NCBI RefSeq assembly: GCF_036321535.1
Contig: NC_087436.1
Location: 97,776,001 to 97,840,000 of the forward strand
Direction of reading: 5' to 3'
DNA: 64,000 nucleotides
From: Camelus dromedarius
Lineage: Eukaryota
In this document: one piece after another, positions 55,500 to 64,000 of the stretch
Numbering within the stretch: the stretch's first letter is position 1
How the letters are laid out: each line of letters begins with the position of its first letter
Translations under genes and position numbers: made by a program
Notes under the pieces: generated by a model
What the model was told of the DNA's origin: nothing
Database searches by the model: none
Seen by the model: the letters and a program-made list of their open reading frames with translations, nothing else

Positions 55500-56150
55500 A
55501 ATTCACATATTTACTGCCTCAATTATCAAATATTTCATAAATACCTAATATGTGCTGGTAACTCCCTGATTACTAGCTATACTGCAGTGAACCAAGCAGA
55601 CAAAAGTGCCTGTTCTCACAGGGTGTACATTTCAGTGGAAGGAGATGTTTAATAAGCAAACAAATGGTAAATATATAACATAACACATGGTAAGTACTTC
55701 AGAAGTAAATACAGCAGGAATGGGAAACAAAGATGGCTGGGAAAGTGTCTGCAGTTTAAAAATCAAATAATTAGGGTAAGTTTCAGAAAAACAACAAGGA
55801 CATTTGAGCAAAAAATCTGAAGATGACGCAGTAAACAGTGAGATGGGGAAAGTATTTTCCAGATGGAGAAAAGAGCAAATAGATTGGAATCAAGGTGATT
55901 TAAAAGTTTTTGGCCTACGCAACTAGAAAAATGGAGCTCCCATTTTCTGAGAAGTGGGCAGTGTGAATGTAGAAAGTTGTAAGGAAGACACAGGAACATT
56001 TGGAGACCATTGGTTTTAGAGATTAATACTAGACATTAGTCAATATTAAATATTGACGACAATAGTAGATATCAGACATCAAGTGGAGATACTGAGAGCT
56101 AAAACAAAAGTCATAGCTCAGAGAAAGTACCAGGTTACAGATAAAAGTTT
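55500..56150 (-). mobile_element. LINE-2 (L2a-like) fragment
   Basis: atactgcagtgaaccaagcagacaaaagtgcctgttctcacagggtgtacatttcagtgg; acatttgagcaaaaaatctgaaga; agacatcaagtggagatactgag. Confidence 0.85.
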
Positions 56151-56199
56151 GATTGACATACACAGCTAGCTAGCTAGCTAGATAAAATTTTTTTAAACG

Positions 56200-56495
56200 A
56201 TGCCTATCCTTAAGTATCTCATTTTTATCTTGTTTTTCACCTAAACTTTTTGCACTCTTTAAGACTCAATATATGTATTTTCTCTTCTTGGAAGCCACAC
56301 CTGTCTTTCTCCTCTTAAATAATATGTACATCTCTCCATTATTATAACACTTAAAACTCTTTATTGTAATTATCTTATTTGGCATCGTCACTCAAGTAGA
56401 CTGAGAGCTCCCAAGCAGAAGAATTTATGTCTTATTTCTCTTTGCAGGTCCAGTGCCTACGGAAGGTGCTTGGCAAACAGTTGCTCCTCAATTCA
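56200..56495 (+). mobile_element. LINE-2 3' end
   Basis: tagactgagagctcccaagcagaagaatttatgtcttatttctctttgcaggtccagtgcctacggaaggtgcttggcaaacagttgctcctcaa. Confidence 0.8.
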
Positions 56496-56559
56496 AGCTG
56501 AAGAGAGCAGTGTTTTACAATCAGGGGAAAACTTCATGTGATTTACTTAAACAGCTTAT

Positions 56560-57260
56560 GATAAAAAAAAATTATATAGAATTGGTGAAAAGGGGGCTGT
56601 ATTTCATATGCACAAAAGTAAGGAGTTTGCAATCTTTCCTGAAAAGTATGACATTAAAAGAATTTTGAACAATTGATTTGCAATTTACAAAACAATTCTC
56701 TTATGGTTTGATGGAGAATGGACTGGAGTGACTACAGTGGTGGGTATATACTTAGAGAAATGGCTGAAGTTGTCTAAATTAGGGTGTGGCTGCTGTTGCA
56801 CTGAATGTAAAAGTCTGTATCCCCAGAGGACCTGGGGATTAATATGAGTGGCAGTTGAGTCATTTCCTTTGGGAGACTGTAGAATAAGAACAGTTGACCA
56901 AGGACTGATTTTTATGGAATTACTAAAAAGTTATGGGAAAAAAGTAAAATAAGGAGTATAATGAAAAAGAGAAGCTAGAGATAGAAGAAAATGACCAGAA
57001 GAAAGTTGTACCATAAGGGAGTGTTTCAAGGAAAAAGAAATGAATTAACACTAAAATTTTCAGAAAGACATCAATAACACAAAGAGCAAAACTATCTACT
57101 GAATTTGACAATAACCACTAGAATTTAAAAAAAAAATCAGTAGTAGTAAATTCAGGGGTGAATGGGAAGATTAATAAAAAAGAAAGTTTCAGTACGATAC
57201 ACCATTACAAAGCTTAGAGTTCAAGGAAATAATGTGACATTAGCTGAGGACAGAAGGGCT
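56560..57260 (-). mobile_element. LINE-2 fragment, highly diverged
   Basis: gtaaggagtttgcaatctttcctgaaaag...ggagaatggactggag...gaaagttgtaccataagggagtgtttcaagg. Confidence 0.55.
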
Positions 57261-58879
57261 TAATCAAGGTTTCTGGTTTTTTGTCTGCTTAATGACAAAA
57301 GCAATATGAGCATTTTTATTTTCCAAAGAAAAAAGATCGCTCACAATTGTTTACTGCTGTTTTGTATGCTCTCTGTATTACAGTTAATGATAAAAATAAA
57401 AATGTTCACAAGCTCTGGGCTTCCTCTGGGAAACGTGTATCTCATTTTTGCTTTTACTGTAAATTGAGTAAATTTCAAAATTTGATGTTTCTGAAATAAT
57501 TGTAAAGACAATTGTCTCTGGGTACCTGGAATGATCGTTGTTTAGATTAACGGGCCATCTGCTTTATAGGTAATTCTATGTATTCCTTTTCATGACTCAG
57601 ATGAAAGCTGCATTTTTTTTTTTTTTAATACTCTAAGGTTCTTATTAACGTAATGAAACACTTCATGAAACTTGAAGAAAACAAGCCTTCTTTGAAATGC
57701 TTTAACAAGAATCTGTATCCATAAGATAGGTCCAAAACAAACTATTTAGAAGAGCGTAATTAGACTAATTAGTCCATTGTCGCCAAGGGCTCTTCCAGAG
57801 TAGTATCTATCTAGTTGTCTGTGTGCAATTCCTGCAGCTACTCTTGAGCACTTGTGGTACAGAAGCTTAAACAAATCTCTTCTCACAAATATTTATGTTA
57901 AGGTGTTCTAAGAGTTATAAAAAAATTATAACTGTTTCCAAGTTAAAATATAAAGCTAATGTAAATGTAATATTTCAAATAATTATAAGGAAAAAATAAA
58001 GATCATTCTATTAACAAGAAAACAGATAATATTTGATAATTATACATAATCCATCTGTTTTGGCTAACAATCAAGTCAGATCTGTGTTGTCTGTGTGTGT
58101 GTATTTATAATTGTGACATAACTTGCACTAGTTTCTAAGGGGTCAGTTCGAGAAACAAGGGGGCTCTTTCTTTGCTGAGTGGAGTGATGGCTACAGATAT
58201 ACAAGTTTTTAAAGGAGATATTGGAGCAGAGCAAAACTGCTCTGTGTAACAAATCCAGGAAACAACTGGGCTTGCAGTGGGAGAAATCATGAGGAAGAAT
58301 ATACCACTGAACAATGGACACTGAATTAAGAAGTCAAAATACAAGGAAGCTTGATCCATAATGCAGCCATGAGAATTTGGATTGGCGACGTTGCTTGGGG
58401 AACTGGAGACTGAAATGCTGAGCACTTGCAAAATAGGAAGTGGCTGAGGTCCATTTACTGGTGCACGTAACATTATAACAGATTCGGAAGGTGTAGAAAA
58501 TAGTGCAGGCATGTAGACCTACTTATACAGTTGTTTGAAAACATATTATATTCAAATTATACCTTTTAAGTAAAAGACAATGGACAAGTTACAGAAACGT
58601 GGCTATACTTCATTTTCAGTTTATGAAGTTAGAGCTTATTTGGTTTTTCTCTGTTAATGGGATGAACCTAACATTAAGATGGGATCCAGGTCAAGTATGA
58701 TGTTTTGCAGTTTATCACAGTTTCCTCCCTGACTTAGCATGGTTAAGCAGTGTCTGAGGATTTGAAATAACTGTCAAGAATGCTCACATGAATGACAAGA
58801 GCCCAATGATCAGGCCCTTCATCTAAATCTTTATTTTGAATTGTTCTTCCTCTTTTTTTTCTGTTACATTCTAGAAACC

Positions 58880-59115
58880 AATAGATGTATGCTATTGTTT
58901 CAGTATATTTTTAGTCATCTAAAACATCATTTACTGCTTCCACACTGCTCTGTATGTCTTATGTCCTATGTCTGACTTTGTAATGAGTATTCACCTTTCT
59001 TCTCATTAGACTGTATGATCCATGAAAAATGTTTTTCTCTCTCCGGTATCTCAGTAACAATCAAAATGCCTATAATTGTAACTAGTGCTCAATAAATATC
59101 TGTAGATCTAATGGA
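58880..59115 (+). mobile_element. LINE-2 3' end
   Basis: cattagactgtatgatccatga...agtgctcaataaatatctgtaga. Confidence 0.7.
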
Positions 59116-59279
59116 TAAAGGATTGCACTGAATACCCACAAATGAATTCTCTGGAAGGAAATTTCACTTTGCTGTAATACTGAAAGACACTTTGCCTTTT
59201 CCCATGACTTAAAGACAGATCTAAGTCTTATATATGTAAATATTTTATTGAATCCTTTTACCGCAACAAACCATGAACT

Positions 59280-59500
59280 TTTATGGTATTAACAGATATT
59301 TAACATTAACTGGGAACAAATTCTGTACCAGACACTGCATGTTATTATTCTCTCTACAATTCTATGATGTAAATTCTATTTATATCCTCATATCAATATT
59401 ACATATGAGACATTAGACATAGTTAGGCAAGCCACATAAGATCACATGACTGGTGACTGATATGACCCCTGGTCTTAACTGCTTTTCTAGACTGCCCCAC
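59280..59500 (-). mobile_element. MIR SINE
   Basis: tgtaccagacactg...attacatatgagacattagacatagttaggc...aagatcacatgactgg. Confidence 0.6.
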
Positions 59501-59689
59501 ATGATTTTCCCTAGGAGCTCACAATGTTTAATAATGGTTGTCTTTATCCTAGTAAAGTGTGAAAATACGATTAATTAACTCATTTAACAACTGTTTGATT
59601 GCATTTTAAATGTACACGCTGTGCTATACACTAGGATATAGCGCAGGCAAGAATAGGGGGGCCTTGTCCCTTGAAGCTGACTATTCAAG

Positions 59690-59890
59690 ATCAGAGCCTG
59701 TGTAGCCTGTAGACTAACATTGTTGGCTCTGGAAAAGCCAACCCAAGTCCACCACTTAGTTCCATGACCGTGGGCTAGTAGCTTCTTTCCTCTGTTTCCT
59801 CATCTGTTGAAATTACCACTTCATGGGATTAAATGAGTTAGTTAACAAATATAAAACGCTTAGTACTGAGAATTTCACATCACAAACACT
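59690..59890 (+). mobile_element. MIR SINE sitting within a minus-strand L2 remnant (~59570-60720)
   Basis: ggctctggaaaagccaacccaagtcccaccacttagttccatgaccgtgggctagt...tgtttcctcatctgt...ggattaaatgagtta...taaaacgcttag. Confidence 0.8.
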
Positions 59891-60015
59891 GACTTCACTT
59901 TGGTGGGTGGATCAAACACTAAACAAATAACCATGCTAAACAATTTAAGTGCTCTAGAAGAAAAAAGAGAGAGGACAAAGTCTTATGTCAGCATCGACCA
60001 AATAACCTATCCTGG

Positions 60016-60666
60016 TGTTACCAAACCAAACTTGGGTCAGCTTGCCCAATGCATAGCAAAGCCAAATTACTGACACCAGGTTGTGGTGAAAGGAATCACA
60101 GTGTTTACTGCAAAGTGCCAAGCAAAGAGAATGGGTAGCTTGTGCTCAAAAGCCATGAACTCTCCAACAGCTCTATGTTAGGGCTTTGAAAGACTGTGAG
60201 GAGAAGAGTAGCAGGGTGTAAGATCAGCTTGTGCTCAGTTGTCTGATTGGTGGATGGTGAGGTAACAGGGTGATGTTTCAGGAATCTCAATCATCAACCT
60301 TCTGGTTCTAACCAGACTGAGTTCTACATGCCTGCAGTCAGCAGTTTTCATCTGGTGGGAGACTGGTTTCCGTAAGAACAACTTAGGAATGTGTGTCAGA
60401 TGGTGCTATCTATGTCCTTCAGGGATGAACTGAAGTCCTGTGGCTCTAGTGTATGGCTGACCTTTTGTTTAAATTGTTACCAGCTCTCCTGTCTGACTGC
60501 TGTTCTTTGTCTCTGAATGTTCTCATTCCTCTAATCATTAACCCTTGAGCCAGACCTTCTGAAACTCCGCTGGGTTCAGGAGACTGAAGTTTTTCTTTCA
60601 GTGAGGCGTGGAGAACATGAAAGGGTCTGTTACTGAGAAAGCCCATCCGGGGATTGCTCAGTTTCC
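60016..60666 (-). mobile_element. ERV1-class solo LTR (651 bp), same superfamily as 14188-14827, perfect 4-bp TSD CTGG
   Basis: Begins TGTTACCAAACCAAA, the reverse complement of the 14188 LTR end, and is collinear with it along its length. CTGG at 60012-60015 and 60667-60670. Confidence 0.93.
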
Positions 60667-62381
60667 CTGGTCTTGAGATAAAAGTGGCAAGAAGCAAAAT
60701 CATGGGGTGAGGAATTAGTCCAGGAAAGCAAGCCTATGTCTGCTGTGAGATGAAATGTGGTTCCTTTACCATAAAAAAGAGAACAAGACTTCCTATCAGA
60801 CAAGAATAAATTCTTTAGGAATCCCTGAACAATGGATGACCTCAGACCAACAAATTTCAGAAAAGTATTAAGTCAAGAATCGACCTCTCCTTTATGAAAC
60901 TTTGAAGTTAAAAGAAAAATGGAGATACAGATAAATGCAAGTAACATCCCATTCTAAAACTCTCTAGATAATAGACCTTCCATACCTGGTCACAGCTATA
61001 TCAATTTATTTTTCTGTCTCTTTCAGTTTTAAAGTCTACCATATAAAACCAGAAATGAGAACAAAAAGATAACAATATAAAAAGAGTAAACAAAGCCAAA
61101 GCTGGTGACAAATTACTTTCATTCTTTGCTTATACATATCTTTCCCATGTCTACAGAAATTAAAATCTGTTGATTATGTGCTCTGCCCTGAGAAAAGCGT
61201 TTTTATAAGTTCAGTTGACATCAGTTAATATACTGATGCTCATACTTGTCATTTCATAAGGAAAATAGTATTATTAAGTTATTATCATCTGCAATAGAGT
61301 AAACTAGAAGCATATAGTTATATAGAAACTCATTATATAGTTAAATAATATTAGTTTACTTGTAACCTGGCCATTCCAAGATTATTGGAAGAATTTCAAA
61401 TTTATACACAATAACTGAGACACTTGCAGCCATTTCAATTTTCTGTGCTTTTCAAAATTGTTAACATATCTAGATCCAAGTCAGAAACTTTTAAAAATGC
61501 TCATTTAGGTACTTGGTTAATATTCAGGATACTGCATAATCAATACTGCAATATAAATGTGAATTGCCATGTAACATACCTTTTGTTATTGAAATAATTT
61601 AAACTATATTTTTGAAAAGTGTATAACATGTGACTTAAGTTATGGCATAAATTAATCAATTTAGTCTAACTTATTCTAATAATTTTCAGCCATCTACTGA
61701 TTTATAGAAGTTACGGTTTGACTCTTCCCTGTGATACAGCTATGGCTATGCAGCTATAAGGAGCCATATTAATCTCTTCAAAGACTTCACCATTAAATGA
61801 CATAATTAGTGACAGGGTATCTGACAGATGCCAAACGACACTGAAGACACTCCCTCCCATCTTAGTCTTCCCACTGCCCTGCATGCTTTCACTCCTTTCT
61901 CACTATCCTTTTCCCTCGACCAAGTGAGCATCCTCTAATCTGGACACTGGTTACATGCCTACAGTGAGGGTGAGGAGCACTCGGATCAATTAAGGAGGAA
62001 GTCATGAGAGGCATGTGGGTGGGCATATACTGAGCTAGCTTCCAGACACAGGAGTTGACTCCTTTAGCCTGACTCAATCAAGGGAGTAGGACAGCTATGT
62101 GCCTTGCACAGACCGACTCAGTAAACAGCTGGTTCCCTGCACGGAGGCAGTTGTTGGCTGAGGCTCTGTTGTTAAACTAGAGTAAAACAAAGGAGAAGAA
62201 AAAGGGAAGAGATACCAAAGAAAGTTTAAGTGGTGATTACTGACAGACTGAGTCAACACTCAAGGGTTCTCTTGAAAAAACTGTTCCAGGGCACTGCAGC
62301 AAGCAGGCAGGGGAAAGGGAGTTGGGGAGTTGGAGGGAGGCTCCTTGGCCTTGCAGGAAGAGGTAAGAAAGAAAGGATGTA

Positions 62382-62497
62382 TGTATGTACCCTGCTAACA
62401 TGGATAATATGGCCCATGTTGGTGTATGTACTCCAATAACATGGATAAAATGGACCATGTTGGTGTACATATCCTGTTATGGATAAAATGGACTGTT
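62382..62497. repeat. 41-bp minisatellite, ~2.8 copies
   Basis: Units 62382-62422 and 62423-62463 match at 35/41; partial third copy at 62464-62497. Confidence 0.9.
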
Positions 62498-63769
62498 TCT
62501 CTCTGCACAGATCTTATCACAAGAAGCCAAAAGGGCCCCCACCTGTCCTTGCCACCACCACAAAGGGATAGTTTACAAATAAGCAAAGAACCTAAAATGT
62601 ATCTAAGGAATTAAGTCTCCACACATGTGCACTCTGCACAATAAATTTTCAATCTCCTTGGGTCCTCCACAGCTAGGGCCTGAGCCCATACAGGGCTAAG
62701 CATTTTTGTGTTTGTGTGAACAGATACACAATGTGCCTTCCTCCGCTTTGTGGAACACCCTCACTCTCCATCCAAGACCTTTCAACCTAGAGGCAACTCT
62801 TCACATCTAACATAATTAAAATTTATGCAGCACTCGCAGCTCTGTACCCCTAACCCCACAGCAAGATACATCCCAAAATCTGTGCTGCAATCTCCAAACT
62901 AGAATTATAGAATAGGTTCTGTGTGTTAGATGAGTCATGTGTATGTGATGGAATATTAAATAATTTTCACACATTGCAATTACTGTCATATACTATTCTA
63001 TCAACCATGACACACATATTGTAGTTCAATATTTTAATACTCACTGCACCTGTAATTGTGCAAATTGACTCTCATGAAGGCCTCATATTAATTACATTTT
63101 GTTTGGCCTGTGTTTGGGGCTCCTATTTATTTCAGTCTTAAATTAGTACTAAAGTGGTTGTTCAAAGCCATCCCTCTGCTGGTAGTTTGTCCCATTACAG
63201 TCACGCAATGTTGTAATTTAAGATGGTGCTACTGAAGATATTTGTTTTGCATTTCTTTGTTTTGCATTTACTTTGTCAGCAGAGTTTGACTTACGTACAA
63301 TAATTCTATACTTGCTAATTTTGTCTCAAATAATTGAGAACATATGTGCCTAAGAGGTGACTAGAATTAACTATTTTCATTAGAAACATTTTAATTTAAT
63401 TGATTTTTAAGACCCTTGTCTAGGAGGATATAGTAAGTTATTTTGTCCAATGGCTATTACAGAGATTCAGTTTCCATCTGAATTATGTTGATCAATTTTC
63501 ATAGTTTCTCCATATGAAGTTTTTTGTCATTGTTACCTGTATCATCACTTGTAATTGAATGCAAAAGGATCTGCTCTTCTGAGATATGTAAAAGTTGAAA
63601 TACTAACTATAGTTTGTGTTATGAGATGTGAGAAAAATAAACACACAAAGAATTTCAAAATATTAAATTTAATAGCTTAAATGAATTTGGTTATTAAGAG
63701 TAACTCAACACATAAATTTATAAGTTATATGTGTAAAAAGGCCAAACAAAATTATGGGTTTGCATAAAA

Positions 63770-63811
63770 GATAGGTTTTAAATATGATAGGTTTTAAAAG
63801 ATAGGTTTAAA
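63770..63811. repeat. Short tandem repeat GATAGGTTT(T)AAA x3
   Basis: Copies start at 63770, 63786 and 63800. Confidence 0.8.
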
Positions 63812-63829
63812 AATAATTAGAAGTTGCTC

Positions 63830-64000
63830 AAGTAAGCCAGACAGAGAAAGACAAATACCATATATCACTTATATGTGGAATCTTAAAAAAAGATACAGAT
63901 AAGCTTATTAACAAAACAGAAAGAGACTCAGACACAGAAAACAAACTTATGGTTACCACAGGGGAAAGTGGGGGGAAGGATACATTAGGAATTTGGAATT
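63830..64000 (+). mobile_element. LINE-1 3' end (end of ORF2 and start of 3'UTR), runs off the window
   Basis: aagtaagccagacagagaaagacaaataccatatatcacttatatgtggaatc...aaacttatggttacca; homologous to the reverse complement of ~4680-4870. Confidence 0.92.

Noticed and set aside
62382..62497. CRISPR-like array (palindromic repeats)
   Set aside because: Contiguous tandem units without unique spacers, no cas genes, mammalian context
1..64000. Supplied ORFs (60-135 aa) as genes
   Set aside because: Short, low-complexity or inside repeats, many with non-ATG starts, and with no recognisable domains; expected by chance in mammalian non-coding DNA

Overview
AT-rich, CpG-depleted mammalian (eutherian) genomic DNA. 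It is very probably camelid (alpaca, vicuna, llama or camel): a tRNA-derived Vic-1-type SINE lies at ~51997-52168, and I saw no ruminant BovB/Bov-A2/Bov-tA, pig PRE1, primate Alu or rodent B1/B2 elements. The window reads as intergenic DNA or the interior of a very large intron. I found no CpG island, no recognisable protein-coding exon, no RNA gene and no prokaryote-type system. The supplied ORFs are short chance frames, many inside repeats. What can be supported is a layered fossil record of transposable elements: many ancient L2 and MIR fragments, MaLR/ERVL LTRs (MLT1, LTR33-like, MER21-like, MLT1-int), ERV1-type solo LTRs (three with readable target-site duplications), several L1 fragments, one SINE, and micro/minisatellites. 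The observations most worth checking are a ~160-bp CpG-rich LTR-R-like insert that looks retroposed by L1 machinery (41990-42148), several speculative + strand exon candidates, nested insertions that give a relative chronology, and a 41-bp hairpin minisatellite next to a G-quadruplex motif. The sequence does not support a new biological system. Repeat family names come from recalled consensus similarity, not a database search, and boundaries of old repeats are approximate.
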